NCBI GenBank assembly: GCA_016784125.1
Contig: JADHVI010000001.1
Span: forward strand, 78,417 to 142,416
Direction of reading: 5' to 3'
Origin: Candidatus Woesearchaeota archaeon
GTDB taxonomy: Archaea > Nanobdellota > Nanobdellia > Woesearchaeales > GCA-2686295
Length of the DNA: 64,000 nucleotides
Below, in pieces: positions 1 to 9,381 of this stretch (positions are counted from its first letter, which is position 1; every line of letters begins with the position of its first letter). The translations under genes and the position numbers were made by a program. The notes under the pieces were generated by a model, which saw nothing but the letters and a program-made list of their open reading frames with translations, did no database searches and had not been told where the DNA came from.

Positions 1-457
1 CAAGATCTTTTTCAGAAATCTCCGAAGCAATATATTTTGGTTTATAACCAAGAAATCCATAGCTAATGGGATTTAGTCCGCAAGCCAAATCCAAAATAGT
101 TTGTTCTTTTCCTGTAATTTCAAATATTTTGCTATATACTTCTTTATAATATGGTAATCTTTCTTTTGTGGATTTGTGTAACTTCAGTATTTCTTCTATG
201 GAATTTTTTTCAAGTAGTTTTTCTCTTTTAGAATAATTTTTTTGTATGAATACACCATATATATCTCTGAGTTGTCGTCTAATCTCTTTCAAAACTATTT
301 TATATTCTTCACTTCTCTTGTTATAATCCTTGGTTTCAAGTTTTTTCTTTAAGTTATGGTTCTTTTCAAGAAAATTTTTTAATTCTTTTTCAATTATTTT
401 TTTATCTAGATTTTGCAATTCTTTCTTTGACATTATGTCTACAATCAATTCTTCCAT
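1..457 (-). CDS. FmrO/ArmA/RmtB-like 16S rRNA (m7G1405-type) methyltransferase, 3'-truncated by the window edge (not in the ORF track)
   Basis: Manual translation from ATG 457: MEELIVDIMSKKELQNL...LKLHKSTKERLPYYKEVYSKIFEITGKEQTILDLACGLNPISY...IASEISEKDL. HxSTxERL followed by LDLACGLNP is the signature of this family. The start overlaps the pelota stop by 13 nt. Confidence 0.75.
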   Translation of the reverse strand, partial: MEELIVDIMSKKELQNLDKKIIEKELKNFLEKNHNLKKKLETKDYNKRSEEYKIVLKEIRRQLRDIYGVFIQKNYSKREKLLEKNSIEEILKLHKSTKERLPYYKEVYSKIFEITGKEQTILDLACGLNPISYGFLGYKPKYIASEISEKDL

Positions 458-1491
458 CTTAGAATTCCAGCTATTCCTGTTAGTGAATCCAGGTTTTTTT
501 CTGCTTCTTCAGAACTAATAATGTGAACTTTACCATCCATTTGTTCACATGAGATCATCATATTTTCAAGTTCCTTATATGTTCCTTTCTCTTTAGAACT
601 TCGCAATAGTTTTTGACTTACTAGTAATTCTTCAACTGCGCCTAATTGAATTTTTTCTTTTGTTTCTTTGATTCCATAGCATGCTTGTTCTTTTGATATA
701 TATTCCAATAGTTTATCTACGGCTTTAATCTCTTGTATACTTCTGTTTTGTTCAAGCACTTTTCTAAGCTCATCTCGTTTTAGCACTTCGTTTATTGCCC
801 GTTCATTTGCCTGAGATACTGTCGCACTTACACTCTTCTTCTTAATCTCATCTGGAGTAACTTTCAAGAGTTCTTCTTTCCAGAAACCTGGACTTGCCAA
901 GATGATGTGGTCTGTTTGATTTGTTTTCTGAAATTCAGTTATTTTTTCAATTATTTCTTTATAGAAACTTCCTTTTGAAACATGTTTTTCTTCTTTTTTT
1001 TGAACATCTCCTGCCATCTTTGCAATCAGTTTGTATCCTGATCCTATGAGTTTAGCGAAATATGCCTCTTCTCTGTCAAATACAACTATCAAAATGTTTG
1101 TCGGCTGATTCTTTGTTGATTCATCAATTCTTTTTAATTGGAATTTTAACCATTGAGTCTTCTGAATTGTTATTATGGAATTATTTTCAAGGTTAAAGCT
1201 GTGATGTTCACCTCTTGGAATTTCCTCTGGTCCATCCGTAATGGTGCCAAGAACTCTTAGTGTGGCGCCTTCTGATAGTTCTATTTTTTCCACTTTTATG
1301 GCTATAAAAAACTGTTTTCTCACAACTTTTACATTTCTATCAGTATCGTCACCAATCTTTATTTTTCTCTCAGTTCTTCCTTTTATTATATCATCTACGT
1401 CAATGATCTGACTCAGAACCCAGAGATCATCTATGTTTTCTATTTTCAGAGTTAGTTCCTGCTTCTTTAATGCTTTTTTTATGATTTTCAT
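445..1491 (-). CDS. pelA: Pelota/Dom34 ribosome-rescue protein
   Basis: ENIDDLWVL, GRTERKI, LRVLGTI, GEHHSFNL, ILASPGFWKE and C-terminal GIAGILRW. Start moved from 1533 to ATG 1491 (MKIIKK). Confidence 0.95.
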   Translation of the reverse strand: MKIIKKALKKQELTLKIENIDDLWVLSQIIDVDDIIKGRTERKIKIGDDTDRNVKVVRKQFFIAIKVEKIELSEGATLRVLGTITDGPEEIPRGEHHSFNLENNSIITIQKTQWLKFQLKRIDESTKNQPTNILIVVFDREEAYFAKLIGSGYKLIAKMAGDVQKKEEKHVSKGSFYKEIIEKITEFQKTNQTDHIILASPGFWKEELLKVTPDEIKKKSVSATVSQANERAINEVLKRDELRKVLEQNRSIQEIKAVDKLLEYISKEQACYGIKETKEKIQLGAVEELLVSQKLLRSSKEKGTYKELENMMISCEQMDGKVHIISSEEAEKNLDSLTGIAGILRWKN

Positions 1492-1567
1492 ATGTTTGTC
1501 TTTTATTCTGTATATTTCTCTATTTAAAACCAATAAATTTATATATCTTGTGTGCGATTATTTGTGT

Positions 1568-2758
1568 ATGAGAAAAAGAGGAGCTGGTGGAAATAGCGCA
1601 AGTGGAGCAGCCATCTTAATAGTTATTGTTGCGGTTATTTTTCTATTATACATATTAATGCTTCCTCCTGAAGATAGAGCAGATTTATTAGGTGAAGACA
1701 ATCGCTCCAATTCTGAGGAAATAACTTCTTCAGGTTTTAATAAGACTCTGTTAAAGGAGAATATTGGTCGTTTGGATTATTTGCGATCTGATTATCGGGA
1801 AAGAGACTTACCATCCTTTAGAATTTATTCACAAAAGGAAGGAACAATTCTTAAGACTCTAAATTCAGTTTATGTAAAGAATGCGATTGGTGATAAGAAA
1901 TATTATAATGTAACTTTTGATATTGCTGAAAGATTAACTTCTGAAGTTAAATTATCTTTTAATGTTAAGCGTGCTCGCGGAAGATTAGAATTATATTTAA
2001 ATGGTGTTGAAATATTTAATGGTGAGCTAGGTAAAGGTTCTCCTAGTCCAATACCACTTCCTTCTGAGGCATTAGATAGCGAAAACACTTTGGTTTTCAA
2101 AGTTTCAAGTCCCGGATTTGCTTTTTGGAGCACTAATGAATATTTGCTAGAAGATGTTATGATTACAGGAGATGTTTTAGATGTGTCTAATAGTAAAAGC
2201 AGACAATTTTTCTATCTCTCAGATATTGAAGTTTTGAATCTTGATGAGATAAGACTTAAGTTTTATCCTGACTGTGATTCAAGATCTGTTGGTCCATTAA
2301 TCATTAATTTAAATGGTGAAGAGGCCTTCTTTGGAGTTGCTGATTGTGGAGTTTATAGAACAGTAACTCTTGATAAAAATAGCATATATGAAGATAAGAA
2401 TGAATTAGAATTTATTGCCACGGAAGGCTCTTACTTGATTGACAGGGTTTCTATTAGAACCGAACTTGAAGAACTTGTCTATCCTGTTTACTACTTTGAT
2501 CTTGATGAAGACTTATTTGATGGTGATGACTTTGATGACAGTTACAATGTTACTTTGCGCTTGAGATTTGTTAACCATGATGATAAAAGATTGGAATACT
2601 TAATTAATGGTAGAAGAAAGCAAATAAATACTGATGAGATTGAATATACCACTTTACTTAATGATTATGTTCTTCCAGAAGCCAATTCATTGGAATTGGT
2701 ACCAAAAAGCATAGTTGACATTTCGGTGCTGAGAGTTACATTGGACGAAGAAGAATAA
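1568..2758 (+). CDS. Secreted/membrane-anchored acidic protein with a class III (prepilin-like) N-terminus and repeated beta-rich modules
   Basis: Likely start ATG 1568: MRKRG-AGGNSASGAAILIVIVAVIFLLYILML (basic tract then hydrophobic helix). Three repeats of the pattern L.h.LNG...N.L.F. Confidence 0.7.
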   Translation: MRKRGAGGNSASGAAILIVIVAVIFLLYILMLPPEDRADLLGEDNRSNSEEITSSGFNKTLLKENIGRLDYLRSDYRERDLPSFRIYSQKEGTILKTLNSVYVKNAIGDKKYYNVTFDIAERLTSEVKLSFNVKRARGRLELYLNGVEIFNGELGKGSPSPIPLPSEALDSENTLVFKVSSPGFAFWSTNEYLLEDVMITGDVLDVSNSKSRQFFYLSDIEVLNLDEIRLKFYPDCDSRSVGPLIINLNGEEAFFGVADCGVYRTVTLDKNSIYEDKNELEFIATEGSYLIDRVSIRTELEELVYPVYYFDLDEDLFDGDDFDDSYNVTLRLRFVNHDDKRLEYLINGRRKQINTDEIEYTTLLNDYVLPEANSLELVPKSIVDISVLRVTLDEEE

Positions 2759-2759
2759 A

Positions 2760-4322
2760 ATGGATGGTTCTGACATCAAAGATGGGATTGATAAAGTAAA
2801 TAATTATCTTAAGGGTAAATGGGATTCTTTAACTAAAACTGCCGAGCAACCTGAAGATTTTCGAAAAGGTCAAGTTCTATTTTTAATGCTTCTTGGGGCA
2901 ATTATTTATTGGGTTGATGTTTTCTTTCTAGGTGGTGCAACTGCTTCGTTCATGCCAGGTAAGATAACTGTTTTTCTTTATGCTCTTTTAACTCTAATGG
3001 CAGTCGTTGTATTCAGAGCAGGAATGCAGCAAATAATGGAGTTCATCATTGTTTCCATTGTTGCTATGGTCTGGCCTCGGACAATATCTATGGTTGTTGG
3101 TGGTATGGGTGGGTTGGATAACTTATCTTTTGTTTCTAATACACAGTTTATATCAATATTTCTTACAGCAGTAGTTTTAGTAACTCCGATATGGACTTAC
3201 TATTTTCTATATGTAAGTCGTCTTTCAACTGATCAAGTTCGTGGGTGGGGTAGAAAATGGGCAATCTTATGTTTTTCAATTGCAATTCTCATAACAATCG
3301 TTATGGGCGGCATTGGTACTTTTGCAGGCCCCGCAGATCTTGACTTGGGAGAGGGAGTTAATTATCTAAAAGTTTATTTCTGGGAATATCCGAAAGAAAT
3401 TGGAGTATATCTTTTCACAATTCCAGGAACCTTAACTTCATATCTTAATGAAACTATGGGTTTGAATGAATTTACTGGGAAGGTGGATCAAAATAAAGAT
3501 GGACCATTAGGAGTCTATCTTGAAGACCTATCACCTGCCGAGACTATATTTTATGAATATAATCCTGTTGTAATATGGGCATCTCTAAAAGGAAAGAGTT
3601 TTGAAGGGTACATCCAAGTTAATAATCGTTGTTACACTAAGAAGGATAAGGAAATTGAATTCGGAGAAATATTTCCTCAAACAGTTGATTTATTTTATGA
3701 TGATTCTTCAAGTTTAGAGTGTATATTTGAAGAAGGTTTAGAAGATGGTTCATATGTTGTTACGTTTATTTCTAGCTTTGAGTTTCCAACATGGGGATAT
3801 GTTACTTACACATATGTAGATAAAGATTTGAGACTGGCGTATTATTCTCAGAAAAAGAATATTAATACAGAACTTAATATTCCTACTAAAGTAGAACCGA
3901 TTTATACGAGCGGTCCTGCTTCAATTGAAGCAAACTTAGTTGATTTACCAGTTAGCATATACTCTGATAGAGATTGGCATCCTTCATTTGGTGTCACATT
4001 AGCCAATCTTTGGCCTCAAGGAGAAATTGTTTCTATTAAAAGTTTAGACATGATTATTCCAAATGATCTTTCGCTTGAAAGATGCATACCGACATTCATA
4101 TCTAAAGAACCAAGTGATGAGGGATATAATACCTATTCGTTTAAACTTCAAAGCCATCAAAATTTATTCTCAACAGTAACTTGTCCGTCAGTTAAAATAA
4201 ATGATCCTGAGGCTTTTTTAGGAGACAATTTGAAAGTTTCAAGAACCTTCGCGATAAAAGCGAGTTATATTTATACTTTAGAAAAATCAGTTCATATTAA
4301 AGTTGAAAAGATAGGGAAATGA
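2760..4322 (+). CDS. Polytopic membrane protein with a C-terminal extracellular domain related to the three downstream lipoproteins
   Basis: About 5 N-terminal hydrophobic helices. The C-terminal half has GPLGVYLEDL...SGPASI...ASYIY, parallel to motifs in the downstream paralogs. Confidence 0.7.
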   Translation: MDGSDIKDGIDKVNNYLKGKWDSLTKTAEQPEDFRKGQVLFLMLLGAIIYWVDVFFLGGATASFMPGKITVFLYALLTLMAVVVFRAGMQQIMEFIIVSIVAMVWPRTISMVVGGMGGLDNLSFVSNTQFISIFLTAVVLVTPIWTYYFLYVSRLSTDQVRGWGRKWAILCFSIAILITIVMGGIGTFAGPADLDLGEGVNYLKVYFWEYPKEIGVYLFTIPGTLTSYLNETMGLNEFTGKVDQNKDGPLGVYLEDLSPAETIFYEYNPVVIWASLKGKSFEGYIQVNNRCYTKKDKEIEFGEIFPQTVDLFYDDSSSLECIFEEGLEDGSYVVTFISSFEFPTWGYVTYTYVDKDLRLAYYSQKKNINTELNIPTKVEPIYTSGPASIEANLVDLPVSIYSDRDWHPSFGVTLANLWPQGEIVSIKSLDMIIPNDLSLERCIPTFISKEPSDEGYNTYSFKLQSHQNLFSTVTCPSVKINDPEAFLGDNLKVSRTFAIKASYIYTLEKSVHIKVEKIGK

Positions 4323-5545
4323 TGAAAAAAATTTATTTAGTTTTAGTATTATTTGTTTTACTTACTGCCTGTAATAGAACTTTTACGCCGCAAGAAACTA
4401 ATTATTATACGGGAACAAAAGGGGTTGAGTTGGAGTTTGTGGGTTATAGTCCACCAAATAATGTGTATGAACAAACAACTTTTCCTTTGGCAATTTTTGT
4501 TTCTAATGAGGGTGCATTTTCTTTGAATGGTTCGCCTTTTAAAGGATTAATAACTTATTCTTATGACCCATTTTATTTAGCCGAAATAAATGGTACCGCG
4601 GAATCAGAATTTGAAACTATAATAATAAATGGAAAATCAGATGGTTTTCCTCAAGGTGATCTTCAGACAAAACTATTACCTATGTTTACCGTTAAACCTG
4701 TTTTAGGCCAAAGAGAATCCCCTACAACCGAATTATTTGTTTCAGCTTGTTATCCTTATAATACTAAGCTCGTTGATGAGGTGTGTATTGATACTTCTTC
4801 TTTGACAAATGATATGAGGTCAAATGTTTGTAAAGCAGAAAATAAAGTTTATTCGGGTCAAGGCGCACCCGTTGCAATTACAGAAGTTCATGTACAGATG
4901 AATCACATGCTTAATAAGATTAGACCTTCATTATTAATTAAAATAAAAAATGTTGGTTCGGGAACGGTGTTGGCGCCTGTTTCTAGTTCAGAACAAGCCA
5001 GAGCTTGTGACATTCAAAAAGACAAAAGGGGCGATTGGAATACTGTTAAGATAAAAGCATTGCTTTCTAATGAGCAACTTACTTGTGTACCTGAAGTAGT
5101 TCATCTTCGTCAAGGTGAAGGGTCTGCTCGTTGTTTTATGGAATCTGGCGGGTTTGGAGCTGCTTTGAATTATTATGCTATTATGATAGTAGAATTAGAT
5201 TATGTTTATTTGACCAGTGTTTCAAAAGAAATAACTATTGAGCGTACAGAACTTCCTGATATAGAATATTTATCTTCAAATAATTGTGAATATTGGGAAA
5301 CAGAAATTGATGGGATTTGCAAGAATAACTGCGAGATATGTTCGGAAGGTTCATCACTTTCATTTTGTAATTCACAAATAGTAGATCAGAACTGGTCCTG
5401 TGATTGCGGGCCTATCGAATGTACAACTATTATTGGCTCACGTAAACTAGGTGGCATCGTAGATGGAATTGAAGTAAAAAGTGGAAATTGTATATTTGGT
5501 CAGAGCTTTTGTGCGCCTGGAAAGTACTGTTGTATAAAACAATAA
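4319..5545 (+). CDS. Putative lipoprotein, surface paralog with a Cys-rich C-terminal tail
   Basis: Lipobox LLTAC; GTKGVELEF..SPP, SACYPYNT..CID, SGQGAPVAI; tail of many Cys ending GKYCC. Confidence 0.75.
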   Translation: MMKKIYLVLVLFVLLTACNRTFTPQETNYYTGTKGVELEFVGYSPPNNVYEQTTFPLAIFVSNEGAFSLNGSPFKGLITYSYDPFYLAEINGTAESEFETIIINGKSDGFPQGDLQTKLLPMFTVKPVLGQRESPTTELFVSACYPYNTKLVDEVCIDTSSLTNDMRSNVCKAENKVYSGQGAPVAITEVHVQMNHMLNKIRPSLLIKIKNVGSGTVLAPVSSSEQARACDIQKDKRGDWNTVKIKALLSNEQLTCVPEVVHLRQGEGSARCFMESGGFGAALNYYAIMIVELDYVYLTSVSKEITIERTELPDIEYLSSNNCEYWETEIDGICKNNCEICSEGSSLSFCNSQIVDQNWSCDCGPIECTTIIGSRKLGGIVDGIEVKSGNCIFGQSFCAPGKYCCIKQ

Positions 5546-5577
5546 TTTTAAATATGGAAAGAACAAAAGGTTAACAT

Positions 5578-6945
5578 ATGAATAATAAACTATTAATCGG
5601 ATTTTTTTTGGCTTTAATATTAATATTATCATCTTGTTCGATGTCTTCTAGTGCGCCAACTGATCCAACTACAACTCATTATTATCGCGGATATGAAGGA
5701 ATTAGAATGACTATTGATCCAGGTTCTCTTCCTAGCACGTTATATTACTATGCAAATGCTCCTGATTCTTATAATGCGTTTTCTGTAGATGTAGAAGTTC
5801 ACAATGTTGGGGCTTCTTGGAGTAGAGGAGGAATATATGTTTCTGGTCATGATCCATCTTTGATATTTTTGGAGGGTGTTAATGTTCCAAAAACTAGTGG
5901 TGGTTTTTGGGAACATTGTCAAACAAGACTTTCAATGGGTGACTGGGATTGGTCTAATATTGCAGGAGTCCTAAATTGTAATTTTGGAGATCATGGAGCA
6001 TCTTTTACAGGGGATCCCAATACCGATCAAGCAATTGATGGTGTTAGCATAAACAATTTATTTGGTTTCTTTGGGGCTGGAGATGCAATTAATGATTTGT
6101 TAAGTCAATCAGAGCTGTTGTCAAGATTGGGTTTAAATGAATTGGGAAATATGGATGTAGATTTAACATGGGATGGTCAAACAGATGCTTACGCTTTTAA
6201 TTTTGACTTTACAGAATTTGGATTAAACTTAGATGTATTACATCACGGGGCGGCATTAATGATATTAATGGATTCTCTTAGTTTTGATAGATTTAATGGA
6301 AAATCTTTTTATTTGGCTGCTGATAACTATGATTATCCTGGCGGAGAATTAACTTATATTTCATTTCCTGGGTATGTTAGAGATACTTGGCCTGCTGGTT
6401 TGGATTCAACACCAGTCACATTTATGATTTCATCTTGTTATGCCTACTCAACATATGCAACACCGTTGGTATGTATAGATCCTGATCCTGCATCTCAAAA
6501 TCAAAAAGTTTGTTATCCTGGACAAGTTAGTTTAGCAGGAAGTCAAGGTGCGCCTGTTGCTGTAACGGGTGTTCATCAAGAAAGTGGTCGTTTAAGTACA
6601 ACTTTCACAATAGAAATCAGTAATGTGGGTCATGGAAAAGTTATTTATCCCGGTGATTTGGAATTATGCAGTCCTTATTACCCTGGAGCATTAACCCGAA
6701 AGAACACAGATTTAGTAATACTTGGAGATATTAGAATGTCGGGTAGTGATCAAAGACTAAGATGCACTCCTGATGATAATATTGTAAGACTTAATCCAAT
6801 GACTGGTAAGGGACAGATTATTTGTACTTATGATTATGAATATGCCACATCTAAATCTGCTTATAAAGCTCCTTTGGTAATTGAATTATGGTATGGTTAT
6901 AGTGAAGAGTTACAAAGAACAATTAACATCAAAAGGGCGCGTTAA
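5578..6945 (+). CDS. Putative lipoprotein, surface paralog with a large Gly/Asp-rich insertion
   Basis: Lipobox ILSSC; GYEGIRMTI..SLP, SSCYAYST..CIDP, GSQGAPVAV. Confidence 0.75.
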   Translation: MNNKLLIGFFLALILILSSCSMSSSAPTDPTTTHYYRGYEGIRMTIDPGSLPSTLYYYANAPDSYNAFSVDVEVHNVGASWSRGGIYVSGHDPSLIFLEGVNVPKTSGGFWEHCQTRLSMGDWDWSNIAGVLNCNFGDHGASFTGDPNTDQAIDGVSINNLFGFFGAGDAINDLLSQSELLSRLGLNELGNMDVDLTWDGQTDAYAFNFDFTEFGLNLDVLHHGAALMILMDSLSFDRFNGKSFYLAADNYDYPGGELTYISFPGYVRDTWPAGLDSTPVTFMISSCYAYSTYATPLVCIDPDPASQNQKVCYPGQVSLAGSQGAPVAVTGVHQESGRLSTTFTIEISNVGHGKVIYPGDLELCSPYYPGALTRKNTDLVILGDIRMSGSDQRLRCTPDDNIVRLNPMTGKGQIICTYDYEYATSKSAYKAPLVIELWYGYSEELQRTINIKRAR

Positions 6946-7019
6946 TACTCGCCAGTAAAAAAACAAAAAGTTTTATATACTCTAAAGGGATAAAAATATT
7001 TGTTTTGGAGGTCTAAAAA

Positions 7020-7967
7020 ATGAAAAGAACATCACTTTTATTGTTGGTTTTAGCAGTATTTTTGTTAGCTTCTTGCTCTAGCGAGACTATCACATCGAAT
7101 CAAAACACTTTTTTAGGTGGAACAACAGGATTACTAGTTAATTTTGTTGAAGGAGAACCACCACTAGAAGTGACTGATGGTAATGCCACACCATTTACTG
7201 TGAGTATTAAATTAGAAAATCGAGGCGAAACAGAAATTGCAGCAGACGATGTCTTGATATCCCTAAGAGGAATTGATCCTATTTCCTTTAGTGTTACATT
7301 GGATGAGATTATTAATCAACACCCTACTTCAATGATTCTAAAGAATGATTTAAATCCTGATAATGGAGAAAAAATTGATTCTCCACCGGTTTACTTCACA
7401 TTTCCTATGATGAATTATCAAGGGTCTTTGGCAGGAAATGATGATTTTCCTTTTGTCGTAGATGTTTGTTATAAATATCGGACTTTGGCAACATCAAAAT
7501 TATGTGTGAAGGAAAATACTATGGATTCAACTCATAACGATGTTTGTACAGTTTCTGAAAAGAAATCTGTTCAAAATTCTGGTGCACCAATACAAATAGT
7601 TAGCTTTGATGAATCATCAGCAGGTCAAGATGCAGTTGCTTTCTCTGTTAAGATTAAGGACATGGGTAGTGGACTACTTGCACAACAAGGAACAATGTGC
7701 AATGATCATGCAGGAACAAAAAATATTGTGAAACTAACTGTTGATACTGGTATTTCAGGTTTAACCTGCGGGGGTCTTTCTAATCCTTCAACAACAGGAA
7801 CTGCTTACTCAGGTGACATTAGAATGAGTACAGGAGAAGTATCTGTAAGATGTACTCAACAGTTATCTCCAGCAGATAAATCTGACAAAGTAATGATTGT
7901 TGATATGTTTATAGATTATGACTACCAAGAATCAAAAGCGACATCTGTGCTAGTTAAGCACATTTAA
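7020..7967 (+). CDS. Putative lipoprotein, surface paralog (minimal core)
   Basis: Lipobox LLASC; GTTGLLVNF..EPP, DVCYKYRT..LCV, NSGAPIQI; GGAGGT Shine-Dalgarno upstream. Confidence 0.75.
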   Translation: MKRTSLLLLVLAVFLLASCSSETITSNQNTFLGGTTGLLVNFVEGEPPLEVTDGNATPFTVSIKLENRGETEIAADDVLISLRGIDPISFSVTLDEIINQHPTSMILKNDLNPDNGEKIDSPPVYFTFPMMNYQGSLAGNDDFPFVVDVCYKYRTLATSKLCVKENTMDSTHNDVCTVSEKKSVQNSGAPIQIVSFDESSAGQDAVAFSVKIKDMGSGLLAQQGTMCNDHAGTKNIVKLTVDTGISGLTCGGLSNPSTTGTAYSGDIRMSTGEVSVRCTQQLSPADKSDKVMIVDMFIDYDYQESKATSVLVKHI

Positions 7968-7985
7968 TTTTTTTCTTTTTTCCCT

Positions 7986-8939
7986 TTAACTATTTATTAG
8001 AACAAATTTACTTAGAAGAGCCTCTAATTGTATGAATTCATCACTGCCTTCAACCATTCTAAACTCTGCTTCACCACACTCTTTTACCATTTCAAGTTTT
8101 TTCTTGTCTTCCGTTTCTAATGACCAGATTTCTTTTTGAATTTGTTTAATAATATCTAATCCTGACAATCCATATTCAAGCATTGTTTTCAGAAGCTCAT
8201 TCTTTGCACTCACAAAATCTTTTTTTACACATGACTCCAAGACGCTTTTGACTTCTTTTGGCCTTGCTACACTAGCCATTTCAAAGATTAAATTTTCATC
8301 TATCTTTTTGGTAATTGCTGCAGATGATTGCAAAATATTTTCTACTTTTCTGCAATCGCCATTGGAAATCTCATAGAGTGCTTCTTTTGCTTTTGAATCA
8401 ATAGTAAGAGATTCATCTTTAGCAATTTTATCCATTATGTAGAACATATCTTCTTTAGCTAACGGTTTAAATCTGAATACAGTACATCTGGATTGTATAG
8501 GATCAATTATCTTGGATGAGTAATTACACGATAGGATGAACCTGCATGTTTGAGTATAATTCTCCATGGTTCTCCTCAGAGCTTGTTGAGCTTCTTTAGT
8601 CAAAGCGTCACATTCATCTAGATAAATTATTTTGAATGGAACATTTCCTATGGCTTTAGTTCTAGCAAAGTCTTTTACTTTAACTCTAATAACATCTATT
8701 CCTCTCTCATCAGATGCATTTAGTTCAAGAAAGTTCTCTCGCCAAGAATCTTTAAACATTTGTTTTGCAACAACAAGCGAAAGAGTGGTTTTACCAGTTC
8801 CTGCTGGGCCTGCAAACATTAAATGAGGCATGTTCTGTTGTTTAACAAACGCTTCTGTTCGTTTAACAATTTCTTGTTGGCCTTTTATCTCTGAGAATGT
8901 TTGAGGTCTATACTTTTCAGTCCATATAGCTGCTTCCAT
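7986..8939 (-). CDS. rfcS: Replication factor C small subunit
   Basis: WTEKYRP, GPAGTGKT, LELNASDERG, LDECD, SRC motif; no intein. Confidence 0.97.
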   Translation of the reverse strand: MEAAIWTEKYRPQTFSEIKGQQEIVKRTEAFVKQQNMPHLMFAGPAGTGKTTLSLVVAKQMFKDSWRENFLELNASDERGIDVIRVKVKDFARTKAIGNVPFKIIYLDECDALTKEAQQALRRTMENYTQTCRFILSCNYSSKIIDPIQSRCTVFRFKPLAKEDMFYIMDKIAKDESLTIDSKAKEALYEISNGDCRKVENILQSSAAITKKIDENLIFEMASVARPKEVKSVLESCVKKDFVSAKNELLKTMLEYGLSGLDIIKQIQKEIWSLETEDKKKLEMVKECGEAEFRMVEGSDEFIQLEALLSKFVLINS

Positions 8940-8974
8940 GCTTAGAAAGAATAAAAGATGATTTATAAAAGTTA

Positions 8975-9238
8975 TTAAACAATATCTTCTTCAGCGACAA
9001 CCAGAAAGTCCCCTATAGCTATAACTGCGCTGAACGGAATAAGTATGTTGCCTTCTTTTGTTTTTTCTAGTTCCAATTTTTCAGTATATGATGTCGGATT
9101 TGATAGAACCATGTGTATAAGTTCGCCTGAGCTTGTTTCAAAGACAATGTCTCCTACTTCACCAAATTTCTTCCCAGTTTTAGAAACGACAGTTTTACCT
9201 AAAAGTTGTTTTGAAAATTTTTTCTCCTCTTCTGCCAT
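8975..9238 (-). CDS. PRC-barrel protein (CdpB-like cell-division factor)
   Basis: LLGKTVVSKTGKKFGEVGDIVFETSSGEL...IPFSAVIAIGDFLVV, a typical archaeal PRC barrel. Confidence 0.85.
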   Translation of the reverse strand: MAEEEKKFSKQLLGKTVVSKTGKKFGEVGDIVFETSSGELIHMVLSNPTSYTEKLELEKTKEGNILIPFSAVIAIGDFLVVAEEDIV

Positions 9239-9345
9239 TTTATCACCCTAAAGTTAAAGATTTTATAACATTGTTGAGGGACAACAAGTATTTAAAACTT
9301 TTGTTTTTAGATAATTATTGTCGAATATTATGCGTGCGTTTTCAC

Positions 9346-9360
9346 AAAAGATTTATAAAA
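9346..9360 (+). promoter_or_regulatory. BRE/TATA promoter element (probable leaderless transcript)
   Basis: AAAAGATTTATAAAA ending about 22 nt before ATG 9382; no Shine-Dalgarno. Confidence 0.55.
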
Positions 9361-9381
9361 AAACTTTCATGATTTATCTTT

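Noticed and set aside
1433..1567. N-terminal extension of ORF 1433-2758 overlapping pelota
   Set aside because: It spans the divergent promoter region; ATG 1568 gives a sensible signal-like start.
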